Of a stretch of DNA of 64,000 nucleotides, positions 13,215-24,762 are shown one piece after another (position 1 is the first letter of the stretch; each line of letters begins with the position of its first letter). Source of the DNA: an uncultured Methanosarcinaceae archaeon (lineage in GTDB: Archaea; Halobacteriota; Methanosarcinia; Methanosarcinales; Methanosarcinaceae); the NCBI GenBank assembly GCA_963733675.1, contig CAVTET010000005.1, positions 96,001 through 160,000 on the forward strand, in the 5' to 3' direction. A model generated the notes under the pieces. That model saw nothing but the letters and a program-made list of their open reading frames with translations, was not told the origin of the DNA and did not search any database. Made by a program: the position numbers and the translations under genes.

Positions 13215-13559
13215 ACGTACTATTTTTTGCATGAGTAATTCTACTCACAAGCTTAAGAGTATAAATAAATACATATTACCTAATTTAAACAAACAAGTTG
13301 TACCCAGTTTAGTTTGCTGTTATGTTTGTAATTCTGATACTAACTGTTGTCTCATTTTCACGATTATAATGCAGGATGCTAACTGCTTCAGATGTGGATA
13401 CCCTACCTTATAATCGTGATACGCAATATAGATGATTCCTTTCATATTGATTTTATGGAATTTTCACAACTTCAATAAATGTGACTATATTCTGTTTCAA
13501 AATCTCCATATCATTTCTTTCATATAGCTGGTTTACTCCAGGTAATTGTAGGGGTCTTT

Positions 13560-14214
13560 CGGATATTTTAAGTTATAAATTTCCCGAAGGCAACAGGGTA
13601 TGTTCCTACAGGCAATGTGGCTGTAACAGTGTTTGTGGTTGTGTTAATTACATAGACATCGTTACCATTTTGATTCGTCACATATCTTTGTTCCATCAGG
13701 TGTGACTGCAACTCCGATAGGATATCTTCCTACAGGCACCGTGGCTGTGACAGTGTTTGTGGTTGTGTTAATTACAGAGACAGTACCTGCATTGGCATAG
13801 TTTTGTTACATATACCTTTGATCCATCCGGGGTGACTGCAACTCCTTCAGGATAGTTTCTTACAGGCACAATGGCTGTAACAGTGTTTGTTGTTGTGTTA
13901 ATTACAGAGACGTTGTTGCCACCATAGTTTGTCACATAAACCTTTGTTCCATCCGGGGTGACTGCAACTCCTTCTGGCCCTTTTCCTACATTCACTGTGG
14001 CTGTAACATTATTTGTGGCTGTGCCAATTACAGAGACATTGTTGCCACCATAGTTTGCCACATATACCTTTGTTTCATTCGAGGTGACTGCAACTCCGAT
14101 AGGATAGCTTCCTACAGGCACAGTGGCTACAATAGAGTTATTTGTTGCGTTAATTACAGAGACGGTTCTGTCACCAGAGTTTGTAATGTATGCTATAACT
14201 GGTTCCAGGACATT
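13560..14214 (-). pseudogene. YVTN beta-propeller surface protein fragment
   Basis: Tandem 42-aa VG..P.GVAVTPDG.KVYVTN repeats; frameshifts; 5' end missing. Confidence 0.85.
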
Positions 14215-14434
14215 GATCGAACCAGCTGCTGGTATCCCTGCCTTCTTAAAAGCGTCGATATTTTCAGCAGGTGCATATTATATCGTATCCTAGTTGATTG
14301 GCTACTGCAGCTTCATAGTTAGGCTTTGTCTTAGAAATTCCGATAACTTCCATATCTTCCTGAGCCCTTACGGCATCTGCAACTATTTTTCCTATGGTTC
14401 CGTAACCGTTTACTGCAATCTTTGCTTTAACCAT
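14215..14434 (-). pseudogene. gap: Archaeal type II GAPDH 5' fragment
   Basis: [42 protein letters not shown]...FKKAGIPAAGSI; +1 frameshift near 14280. Confidence 0.85.
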
Positions 14435-14569
14435 TTGTCATCCTGTCCTGTTCAATTATTTTCTAATCAATTCAAAACATAGTCTAAATTCACCGGACTG
14501 GCATACCATTGATTTGGTCATATTTATTAAATCCCGATTTATCTATATTTTTCATCTTTTAAAAATCAC

Positions 14570-16995
14570 TCAGTGATGATCCAGCAGCTTGTAGAATCTC
14601 ACTTTCATCCAATCCGTTATAACAAAAGCTATCAGTGCGTAGAGCCAGACAAAACCTGTCAGTTTCCATCCTATGGGGGACACATAGATTCCATACACTA
14701 CAACTAAAGTTGCAAGCAATTTCGTAATCACTGCAGACCAAAAAAGGAGCTTTCCTGGAGGAGGGGACCAGAAAGGTCCCCTGTTACGGGCAACGAATAT
14801 GGTCAGGTGCCCAGCTATTGCAAGTTTTAGGAAAATAAAAGACTGCAGTATGCCAGCACTGAGGTGAAGAATCCTATCCCCGATATAGAATATTGAGAAA
14901 GAAGAAATCACACCTATAATTCCCAGAAATGTGGCCATTATCAGGACTTCATGCATGTTCCATTTTTCTGGTTTTTGGGAATAGTTCACATTGTCATATG
15001 CAATGGCCATTATAGGAGCATCGTTGAAAAGGGCAAGCAAAACGATCATTAAAGCAGTTACAGGATAAAAGTTAAACACAATTATTGTAGTTGCAATAAA
15101 AAAAAGTACCCGCACAGTTTCGGCAATTCTATAAATGGAATAGCTCTTCATCCTCTGGAATATCTTGCGACTTTCCTTAATTGCATTAATAATAACCGAG
15201 AGACCTGAAATTGTAAACACTATATCTGCAGCGGATTTTGCAGCATCTGTAGCCCCTGCAACAGCAATTCCCGCATCAGCCATTTTCAGAGCAGGGACGT
15301 CATTGACTCCATCACCTGTCATGCCTACAATATGTTTTTTCTGTAGAAGTTCGACAATTCGGTATTTGTGTTCTGGAAAGACCTGCGCAAATCCATCAGC
15401 CTTCTCTACCACTTTCTGGGCTTCAGAATCGGATTTTCCTTCGAAATCTGCAGCTGTAATTATGTCCGTGCCCAATCCTACCTGGTCTGCTATCTCCCTG
15501 GCGATGGCTATGTGATCACCAGTTATCATTTTAACTTTCACATCCAGGGAGTTTGCTGTCTTTATAGTCTCTGCAGAATCTTTATGTGGTGGATCATAAA
15601 GGCCCAGAAGCCCTGCAAACCTATATTTTCTTGCCTCTTCCACCCCACTCCAAGGGCACGATATCCCTTTGAAGCCAGAGAATCTACATTTTCTTTTACT
15701 TTTTGCCCGATTTCTTCTTTATTGCTTGACATGTCCAGAATAATCTGGGGAGCACCTTTGGCAACTTTTAACTTTCCGTCAGGCCCTTCAACCGTAGCCT
15801 CTGTGTGCTTTATGACGGGATCAAATGGCTTGAACTCCTTGATTTTATAACTTTCTAGTTTTACTTTAAGGATTTCTGAAGCCTTTGTCTTCAGGAGAAT
15901 GGCATTATCAATAGGGTCGTTGTCCTCCTCTCTTGAGGCCAGCGAGCCATAGAGCAGAAGGTCGTTTTCCTTAAAGTTTCCAAAAGGTACGAATTCGGAT
16001 AATGTTATTTTGTTCTGGGTGATTGTGCCGGTTTTGTCTGAACATAGAACGTCCATCCCGGCCATCTCCTCTATAGAAACCAGCTTGCTGACAATAGCTC
16101 CTTTTTTTGCAAGTTCAGTGGCTCCAACAGCCATTGAAACGGACATTACAGCAGGGAGAGCTGCCGGAATCGCAGCTACGATCAACACAAGAGCAAACTG
16201 GAGAGTTTCCAGAAAAGGAGTGTGTCTGAAAAGCTCTTCTGTAAGTAAAACAATAGCAACAATACAACCTGCAAGGACGATCAGGTAGTCCCCTATTTTG
16301 AGAACCGCTTTTTGAAAGTGGCTTCGGGTCCGAACATCTGCAACCAGTTTTGTAGTCTTTCCAAAATAGGTGTCCATGCCCGTAACCACAACCAGTGCAT
16401 TCATCTCCCCTCTTTGAATAATGGACCCGGAATAGGCAATGTCACCAGAATATTTTTCTACAGGCAGAGATTCCCCTGTAAGGGCTGATTCGTCTACCTG
16501 CAGAAATTCTCATTCGAGGAGCTTAAGATCTGCAGGTACAATATCTCCTGCAAGTATGCGAACGACATCACCTGGAACCAGTTCCCGTGCAGGTACTTGG
16601 GACCATTGTCCCCCTCTGAGTACCTTGGCATGCAGGGCCATTTTCTGCTTAAGGAATTCAATAGCATTGTCAGCTTTGTATTCTTGCCAGAAGCCCAGAA
16701 CTCCATTTAAGACCAGGAGTAAGGAGATAATCACCAAATCTTCCCATCGATGTATGATCCCTGAAATTCCAGCTGCTATTTCGATCATCCAGGGAATGGG
16801 CCCCCAGAAATAGCTTAAAAATTTTATAAGTGGATTGATCTTCTTTTCGTAAAGTTCATTATAACCATACTGCTTAATCCGGTTCTCAGCCTCCGACGAA
16901 GAAAGCCCCTGGTTGCTGGAATCTAATTTTTCAAGGATTTCACTTGCAGATGAATCCTTTATTTCTTCAATTTTGAGTATAACATTTTTTCCCAT
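14570..16995 (-). pseudogene. Plasma-membrane H+-efflux P-type ATPase (P3A), disrupted
   Basis: DKTGT, KGAPQ and TGDGVND motifs; in-frame TGA at 16510-16512 and frameshift near 15640. Confidence 0.9.
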
Positions 16996-17161
16996 AAATA
17001 TACTCCAAAAAAGTGATTTCTCTCAAATAAAATATACTGAAAATAGTACAAATGTCAAAAAATATAGAATAATATAAATTATTAAATTTTACTTATAGTT
17101 TATTCTCGAAAAACTTTTCATTTGAGTTGATATTTCGGATTTAATTATAGTGTTTTGGATC

Positions 17162-18331
17162 TTATTTTTCAATTATTTGTCCATATACTTCCAAGGTCTT
17201 TTCAGCTATTGTTTTCCAGTTATATTTCTTTTTGAGAAGATCATACCCGTTTTCCCCCATTCTATTACGGCCAAGTCCTTCAAGGACATAATTGAGTCCC
17301 CAGGCAATAGAAGAGGGTTCTTTATGAGCAATAACGCCTGTTTTGAAGTTTTCCACAAGGGATACTGCATCGCTTGCAACTACAGGTTTCCTTGCGTCCC
17401 AGGCTTCAAGAACAACAATTCCGAAGGGCTCGTTCCTGCTAGGTACACAAACCAGGTCACAGGAATTAAACCAGTCTATCACAACATCATCCGGAGCATA
17501 CCCAACAAAGTTGCAGGAACTACCAATCCCCAGCTTTTTAGCTTGATATTCACAGTGAGAGCGCATTCCACCCTCTCCAATAATTACAAACTTTGCATTA
17601 TTTTTTTTCAGGACTCTTGCTGCGGCTTCAACTAACAAGTCTGGTCCTTTTTGATATACCATCCTTCCAGTGAAAAGCACAACTGGAAGACATGGATGGA
17701 TACCATAGCGCCTTTTTACAGTTCCAGGATCGACTTTTCTGTTTATTTTTCCTACATTTATGCCATTAGGAATTTCCCAAAACTTGTAATCTGGAATTTT
17801 GTAAATTTGCTGGATTTCGTCCTTCAGAATTTTTGAAGTCGTGATTATAGAAGAGCACTCGTACCCTCCAAGCCACTCCCTATGAGATATTTCCGTGGCT
17901 TCCCACCAATGCCCGTGAATATTTCCATTACGCCCCCATTCAGTGCTGTGAAAAGTTAGCACAAAAGGCAGCTTGAACTGAGCTTTTATCCTGCAGAGGA
18001 CATTTACTGGATGCCAATCGTGCCCATGCAGAATGTCAAACTCGCCCATGTATTCTCTTACATCCAGGAACCGACAGTACATACTATCGCACATCCTGTT
18101 CATTTGTTCAACTATACCTCCATATTGATCACAGGCAACTTCATGATAGTAAATGCCATTGATTATTTCATCGTTGTTTTCACAGCTTCGTGTAAAAAGA
18201 TGAACTTCATGCCCCTCAGCAGCAAGAGCTTCAGAGAGTTCAGACACATGGGGTGAAACTCCTCCTACACGTATCGAATATAAACTTTCCCAGGAAAACA
18301 TTCCTATTCGAATTTGTGTCATACATTTCAC
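17162..18331 (-). CDS. GT4 glycosyltransferase (glycogen synthase-like N-terminus)
   Basis: VGG...HV.ELS, HGHDWH and EPFGIVVLEA motifs. Confidence 0.9.
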   Translation of the reverse strand: MKCMTQIRIGMFSWESLYSIRVGGVSPHVSELSEALAAEGHEVHLFTRSCENNDEIINGIYYHEVACDQYGGIVEQMNRMCDSMYCRFLDVREYMGEFDILHGHDWHPVNVLCRIKAQFKLPFVLTFHSTEWGRNGNIHGHWWEATEISHREWLGGYECSSIITTSKILKDEIQQIYKIPDYKFWEIPNGINVGKINRKVDPGTVKRRYGIHPCLPVVLFTGRMVYQKGPDLLVEAAARVLKKNNAKFVIIGEGGMRSHCEYQAKKLGIGSSCNFVGYAPDDVVIDWFNSCDLVCVPSRNEPFGIVVLEAWDARKPVVASDAVSLVENFKTGVIAHKEPSSIAWGLNYVLEGLGRNRMGENGYDLLKKKYNWKTIAEKTLEVYGQIIEK

Positions 18332-18799
18332 TTATTACTTTTTATGAAAATTATAATAGAATACTGGACGAAACTAAGTAACCGAGATGAAAGGCTTCAA
18401 TTTCTTGATAGTTGCCGGATTAATTATATATGTTAAAGTTCATGACATCTTTTGAATTCGCTAAAATATGCTATTAGTTAAAATAGTATGCTATTTTGTA
18501 GTATGTGAAAGCCATATAATCCAGGCACGAGTCTCAGATAAATAGATCTACGAGTAATTGATGAAATTTTAGTTAAAATATATATTTAAGTATGTGGATA
18601 TTTCAAATTAATTGTACGAAAAATAGTTTCGGAATAAAAATTATTCCCATATAAAATATTTTAACTCCAAACAACAATTTAATATTAATCATGTATTTAT
18701 TTTTAGACATATATTCTAAAATTTAGAATTGAGTTTTACCTAAAAAGTAACACAGATTAATTTCATATCAAATTTTGATTGTGTCCTTGAGTTATTAAT

Positions 18800-18889
18800 A
18801 GAGGATTTCGATAAACCCCAATATGTTGTCATGTGCTGAGATGTGGTATATAAAAGACTCGTGACAACAAATATTTATCGAAATCCTCT
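18800..18889. mobile_element. ~90-bp MITE (family B), best-preserved TIRs
   Basis: AGAGGATTTCGATAAA ... TTTATCGAAATCCTCT perfect 16-bp TIR, TA at both ends. Confidence 0.75.
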
Positions 18890-19052
18890 AGAATTTGAAG
18901 TATAAGCAGCTAGGATAATTAAAAAGCAGTTAAGAAGGAAAGTTGATTCCCTATTATGATCTAGCAGCAGCTGAAATTATTATTTCCAATTATCAAACAT
19001 AATATGTAGGATGACTGATTTAACTTCAACTAAATTGGTTTGGTTTAGTCTT

Positions 19053-19409
19053 CTAATAATTTTTGGCCTTTGAGTGTAATATTCTATTTTCTACTATTAT
19101 TAAACTAACCTCTGCATCCAATACTTTGTTTATTGCTTCTTCACGTCTTGTCTCTGTTTTCCTAATTAGTTCTCCAATGCTTTGGATTTGTGAATCTAAC
19201 TTGTTAGAAAGTGTATCTAATTTTTTTGATTGTGTTTGTATAATCTTAGCTTCTGCTAATGTCCTTAGATTATTGGCAGCTTCTATTAAATCCTCGAAAT
19301 ACTTGACAATTTCCATTTCTATACTGAGCTCTGCTTTAATTTTTTCAAGCTCTTCTTCGTCAATTTGTCTATTATGTTCTTGTTTTCCGATATCATGTTC
19401 TGTATTCAT
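19053..19409 (-). CDS. Hypothetical coiled-coil protein
   Basis: 118-aa E/K-rich heptad pattern; AAGGT RBS-like site. Confidence 0.5.
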   Translation of the reverse strand: MNTEHDIGKQEHNRQIDEEELEKIKAELSIEMEIVKYFEDLIEAANNLRTLAEAKIIQTQSKKLDTLSNKLDSQIQSIGELIRKTETRREEAINKVLDAEVSLIIVENRILHSKAKNY

Positions 19410-19722
19410 TTACATAACCTTCTTGATTTTTCTACGTTGTAAACACATCTCTAAATATTTCTAAATTTATATATATATCTACTGGTTATTCCACATTTTT
19501 GATCAATTATTTTTATTAAGTATAAAATAATCATCTTAATTATAAATAATTTCTGGATAAAAGTTATTTCTACATGAAATGATTTAACCTAGAACAACAA
19601 CTTAATATTAATGGCATTTTTTTTATTTTAAAAAGTGTTCTGAAATTTAGCACGGAGTTCTTTTTAAAAAGCAACCCCAATTAATTTTATATCAAATTCA
19701 GTCGTGTCCTTTAGTCATTTAT

Positions 19723-19814
19723 AAATAATTTCAAGAACCCTCTAATTTTTAGTAGTAATTTATTATACTAGTTATAAGGTTAGGACGAAATTTAGGAGTT
19801 TATCGAAACCCTCT
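19723..19814. mobile_element. ~90-bp MITE (family B), degenerate
   Basis: Right end GTTTATCGAAACCCTCT. Confidence 0.5.
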
Positions 19815-19887
19815 ACAGGATTTATACTTTTATCAAATTAGAGCTGAATATATAATTTATCTTGAGTTCCAATTCCTTAGTCAGTGT

Positions 19888-20892
19888 TCATTCTTCAGGC
19901 ATGAGGTCCCCTCTCAAATATGGAGCAGCTCTTTCCGGAGAAACTGTATTGATATAAGTTCCTGTATTCAGCTCAAACCCTGCAATGATAGAAAGTCTCG
20001 GAAGAAGCCGAAGATTGAGGTGGTATTCAGGATTTTCGAAAAGCTGGTAAAACATATAGTTGAAAGGTATATTTCCTAAAACTCTTCCATAACTTCTGAG
20101 ACAAGCTCTTAAAATGTCGCCAAGGGTAAAAAGAAGTTCATCATTGCAATCTCCTAGAAAACTCACATGTCTCCTAGGGAGAATCCATACTTCAAACGAT
20201 CCAATCGAATAATAAGGGGCGAAGGCTATCCATTCACTATTCTCAAAAATTAGTCTAGAAGATGTTTTTTCCTTAGCAAAAATTGCACAGTAAGGACAAG
20301 TTTCTCTTTCCGTAATAATTTTCATTTCCTCTTCTAGTGAAGGAGGAAAAAATGGAATGGAAATAAGTTGACTGTGAGAATGATCTATGGAAGCTCCGGC
20401 GGCTTTCCCGAAATTTTTGAATAGGGAGATATAGCGTATTCTGTCATAGGCCATATAATTGCATGTGCGGTCTCTATAAACATTCATGAGTCCTGTGATC
20501 TCGAGGTCAGAAAAATCTTCTAGCCTTCTCCCATGCAAAGGTGATTCTATAATAACTTCATGAAAACCATATCCTCGTCCAGCTTGTAGACCAATTTCCT
20601 GATGTTCAAGAGGATGAGAGACAGGAGAAAGGGCAGGGTAGAGATTTGGAAAACAACGAAAATCCCAGTCAAGTATTCTCTTTTCAGGCGTATCTGCAAA
20701 GATTTCCCCATTTTTATATACTGCAGTAGCTAGTGGAGTATCTTCCTCAGCTCCTCCACAAAACGAGCAACTTACAGGACTGTGTTTCACTAGACTTTCA
20801 GCTGCATCTGCAAAGTCAGAAGGTCTTTTAGTTCTTTCTTCAGCAATTATGCAGTATTCGGAAAGAAAATAATGCTTTCTGATTTCTGACAT
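19888..20892 (-). CDS. galT: Galactose-1-phosphate uridylyltransferase (GalT family)
   Basis: ER.KRP, G.HEVIIE and AGASI.HSHSQ catalytic motif. Confidence 0.9.
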   Translation of the reverse strand: MSEIRKHYFLSEYCIIAEERTKRPSDFADAAESLVKHSPVSCSFCGGAEEDTPLATAVYKNGEIFADTPEKRILDWDFRCFPNLYPALSPVSHPLEHQEIGLQAGRGYGFHEVIIESPLHGRRLEDFSDLEITGLMNVYRDRTCNYMAYDRIRYISLFKNFGKAAGASIDHSHSQLISIPFFPPSLEEEMKIITERETCPYCAIFAKEKTSSRLIFENSEWIAFAPYYSIGSFEVWILPRRHVSFLGDCNDELLFTLGDILRACLRSYGRVLGNIPFNYMFYQLFENPEYHLNLRLLPRLSIIAGFELNTGTYINTVSPERAAPYLRGDLMPEE

Positions 20893-22096
20893 ATAAGAAA
20901 AACCTCGTTAATTCTTTGTTGCTCTTTTTTGATTCGTTCCTTCTCTTGCTTGATGGAGATCTGATACAAGATATTTTTTTATTTGTGGCTCTTTTCATTT
21001 GCTTCTTCCAGATATAACATCAAAATTAACGATATTATTTATTTTCTATTTATCCGAGTGTATAATTCATATATGGCTTTTATGAATTTATTGCCTTGTC
21101 TATTTAAATTATCGGCTGTAAACCTAAAAATGATCTATAGTTTTTGCTACAAATAAATAGCAACAGGCAAGGAAATTCCTTAATCGATGGTCAATGAAAT
21201 ATTATCTATTTGGATTCGGTTAACGAATTTTATGCATAACTTCGAATACTACATGTCTCAATTTTCCGACTTGAATGCTATATATTCAACATAAAAAGAA
21301 CATTTTTTGGTATTTTTTCTTAACCGAATGTAAATGCGAGTTAATGATAATATTGTATACAATGAAATGGGTAATTTAATACGCTCTGATATAGTCATCA
21401 ATTTGATTGTATATTTTCAAAATACCCTAAAATTGGACTTTAATCTAAAACTTTCAAAAATGTCTCAAAAAGAGATTTTTGATGCAAACGAAATTTTCAA
21501 GACGAACATACACTTCTTTAAACAGATTTTTACATCTGAAGCAGATAATACAAAGGAACATATATTTTCTTTGATAGGAGGTATCGTAGACAAATTGAAA
21601 TCATTCAAAAATAGTGTATTACGAATTTTTATCCTACTTTATTTACTTTTTTTCAATAAACTGCTTTTCGTATAGGAAAATGGACAATATTTCAATCTTT
21701 AATAAGAACTAGATTCAAGTATGAATAAAAAGAGTATATAGAAACTTTCAATCTGGAACTAGAACTTTACAGCAGTAGTCATCAAATAATTTTGGCAAAT
21801 AGCAGAAATTTGAACCAAAAAATAAACTAACTTCTGTATGAATGAACCAATATTTCTAAAATAAAGATAAAATCAAACTAATTTAGCTCGGATTTTATTG
21901 TGATTTAAAATTTGACGAAAAACCAGAAAAGTTGAAAAGACTTCCAATGTACTAAATTTGTTCTCTCATTTATTTGAGGCAAAATAATGTTCTAAATTTT
22001 AATTTGTTCTTCAGTGTATTTAGAATCCATTAAAGGTTTCTTGACTGATAGGTTTATAATATTGCCAGACAAACTAAAATATCGATATAGAACTAG

Positions 22097-23947
22097 ATGG
22101 CAAAAACTTTGGAGGATTTGGAATTGGGAAATTATTATTTCATAATTACCGGAGAAGAAGCAGGTCCTAGATCAAATAAAATGGGTGGAATATGGAATGT
22201 CATTGACGGAGAGGCACATGCCCTTGCGACTTTTTTTAACTCTGACACAGTGAAATCAAAAGATGAAAAGAAAATTCTTGTTGTAGGTCCTTATTATGGG
22301 CATAGAGGTGCAGACTGGAATAGTGGCTTGAGTCGGATTACTAATATGGAAGAGTTTGCCCCCCTAAATATTGATGCAGAGCTCCAAATAAGCCTGGAGT
22401 TCCTTGCAAAATCAGGCATAAAGGTGTTTACAGGAGAAAAAAAGGTAGGAAAAACTGGAATAGGTTATTTACAGCTTCAGACTTCAGATTTCGGGAAAAT
22501 AATTACAACATACATGGGAAAGGAAATGACACTCGAAAACAGGGTCAAAGCTGAAGCCTATGAAATCCTTGGGCTTGATTCCTTGAAGTATGAGCACATG
22601 TCCAATGGTCCGGAATATACCCATTATCTCTCCCTTTCCTACGCAATTTCTGAACTTGCTCGGTCTCTAGTAAGCTCAGCTTCGAAAACTGCTGAAATCG
22701 GAAAGAAAAACACAGTTCCAAATCAGATTTTTATCCCCTATCCTGGTGTTTCCTTGCACTGCCACGAATTTGGGGTATTTTATGCGGCAGCCAGACTTAA
22801 GAAACTTGGAGTTCCGGTAAGTAGCATTGCAACCTTGCATGCTACTCTTCCCGGAAGGACCGCAGGATACAATTCCATTTTAAAAAGAAGGAATAATGAC
22901 AGTACCTGGCCCCCTAGAGTACCGGAAAATCTGGCTGTCCTTGAGACTCTTGCCTCATATGCAGATACGGTTACTGCAGTAGGGGAGTCAACCATGCAGG
23001 AAGCCAGGCTTTTTTATGGGATTAACGGAATTGTAATCCGAAATGGGATAACTATAGAATCCGATAAAATAGATTGGAACATGAAAGAACATTGTCTTGA
23101 ACAGATTCAAAAATTTCTTTCCGAAAACCTGTACAAACATCATGGGGGAGAAAAGATAAAACCCGAAAAGATAATCCCTATTTTTACTATCTCCCGCATA
23201 GAAGTGGAAAACAAAGGGTATCCAGAACTCCTAGATTCTCTTGTTGCTCTTGATCATATAATAAAGAACAGCATTTTGGAAGGGCATATGGAAGAAGGAA
23301 TTAAGGTGATCTGTTTTCTTGTTACTGCAGAAGGCCCGAAGAAAAACCTACCTGAAGGTTTTCCTGTCAACATCCCAAAAGAAGTGCTTGTAGGAAATGA
23401 ACTGAGGATTCAACAGATGATCGAGGAAAAAAGGCTGGATTTTTCGAAAATGGTACGGGGGAAGGGTTCTGTCGCAGCGATTCTATATCCCCAGATTCTT
23501 TCGAGAACCGATGGAGGACTTGGTATGGAAGTTGGGGAGTTTATGGCCGGCTGCTGTGCAGGCATCTTTCCCTCGCGTTATGATCCATTTCTGCTTACCG
23601 GACTTGAAGCTGGAAAAGAAGGGACTCCAAGCGTGGTCAGCCAGGTATGCGGTTTCAGTGATGCTATAAAAGCTAGCGAGTCTCTGGTAGAAGGTCTTGG
23701 TGGAGTGATAGTCGTAGATAATATTGATCTTTCCTATCACGAAACAGTTCTTGATTATGCCCTTGCAGTCAGCTACTTTACTCGAAATTTCATAGAGGAC
23801 AGGGTAAAGTATCGACTCCTTTGCAGGGAAGCCTTCCTACTAGCAAAGGATATGGATTGGGAAGAGCCAACAAAAGAATATTATGAACTGATTAAAGGCG
23901 AAGCACGTTTTGTAGGCAATAAAACGAACAATTTACCAAAAAACTAA
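22097..23947 (+). CDS. Glycogen synthase, GT3-like
   Basis: NKMGGIW.V, HCHEF, TLHAT.PGR, R.E.ENKG and GC..GIFPSRYDPF..T.LE motifs. Confidence 0.75.
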   Translation: MAKTLEDLELGNYYFIITGEEAGPRSNKMGGIWNVIDGEAHALATFFNSDTVKSKDEKKILVVGPYYGHRGADWNSGLSRITNMEEFAPLNIDAELQISLEFLAKSGIKVFTGEKKVGKTGIGYLQLQTSDFGKIITTYMGKEMTLENRVKAEAYEILGLDSLKYEHMSNGPEYTHYLSLSYAISELARSLVSSASKTAEIGKKNTVPNQIFIPYPGVSLHCHEFGVFYAAARLKKLGVPVSSIATLHATLPGRTAGYNSILKRRNNDSTWPPRVPENLAVLETLASYADTVTAVGESTMQEARLFYGINGIVIRNGITIESDKIDWNMKEHCLEQIQKFLSENLYKHHGGEKIKPEKIIPIFTISRIEVENKGYPELLDSLVALDHIIKNSILEGHMEEGIKVICFLVTAEGPKKNLPEGFPVNIPKEVLVGNELRIQQMIEEKRLDFSKMVRGKGSVAAILYPQILSRTDGGLGMEVGEFMAGCCAGIFPSRYDPFLLTGLEAGKEGTPSVVSQVCGFSDAIKASESLVEGLGGVIVVDNIDLSYHETVLDYALAVSYFTRNFIEDRVKYRLLCREAFLLAKDMDWEEPTKEYYELIKGEARFVGNKTNNLPKN

Positions 23948-23992
23948 TTTTTTTTATATAAACTGCTTCAATAAGTTAGAAGGTGATATAAC

Positions 23993-24286
23993 ATGGTAGA
24001 ATTTAAGTTAGATGATTCTGATGTGTATCGAAATACTAAAATTTTCGATCAACTTCTCAAATTTGTAAAAGAGAATTGGGGAAATTATATAGAAATTCTT
24101 AAACATTTCGAAGATTTGGTCGGTATTGGCCTTAGTGAGTGGTTCATGCGAAACAAAGATAATAAAATTTCGGTAGGTATAGAGCTCAATGAATCCAGTG
24201 ACCACAACTACGACGAAATCATTTTTTATGACAAAAATAAAGAAGATAGATCTGTATTTTCAGTAATGAGAGATTCGATTGCCTGA
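23993..24286 (+). CDS. Hypothetical protein
   Basis: AGGTGA RBS; 97 aa; follows the glycogen synthase gene. Confidence 0.55.
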   Translation: MVEFKLDDSDVYRNTKIFDQLLKFVKENWGNYIEILKHFEDLVGIGLSEWFMRNKDNKISVGIELNESSDHNYDEIIFYDKNKEDRSVFSVMRDSIA

Positions 24287-24342
24287 TGTGTAATACCTGT
24301 TCAGTAAGCAACCCTGGACAACCCTATACGTTTGACTTGCGA

Positions 24343-24700
24343 AGTTGAGCTAAGAAATCAATACCATTAAGCCTCAAAATGTATGATATGCATATTATAA
24401 CAATAACATATATTGTACTTGATTTATTGCTGCAAGTGTATACATTCGATGTATCTTAAGACAAATAATAGGCTTCCCAAAGAAAGTTAAGTGGCTGTAG
24501 AATCAAATGAAGCTTAAGGCACTAATTCCAGTTATTTCAATTCCATATATTGTAAACACTTATATATTTTGTATATAGTTGACGATGATGTTATTGATTC
24601 TTTGAAATCAGCTTTTTTGAACTTCCTTTTTATGAAGACTTTTCTATGACTGCATATCATACATTTTGAGGCTTAATGGTATTGATTTCTTAGCTCAACT
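24343..24700. repeat. Perfect 50-bp inverted repeat (24343-24392 / 24651-24700) around a 258-bp spacer
   Basis: 50/50 reverse-complement match; flanks resemble a degenerate GGACTTACGCAGTTG MITE end. Confidence 0.92.
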
Positions 24701-24762
24701 GCATAAGTACTAATGAAGTTTCATAGCAAGCTATTTATGGACAGGTGTGAGATTCCATTCAA

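Noticed and set aside
13600-14160. 126-bp periodic repeats as a CRISPR or ncRNA array
   Set aside because: They are codon-phased YVTN propeller blades.
21334-21675. 113-aa ORF
   Set aside because: AT-rich, no clear RBS or recognisable motif; may be a remnant.
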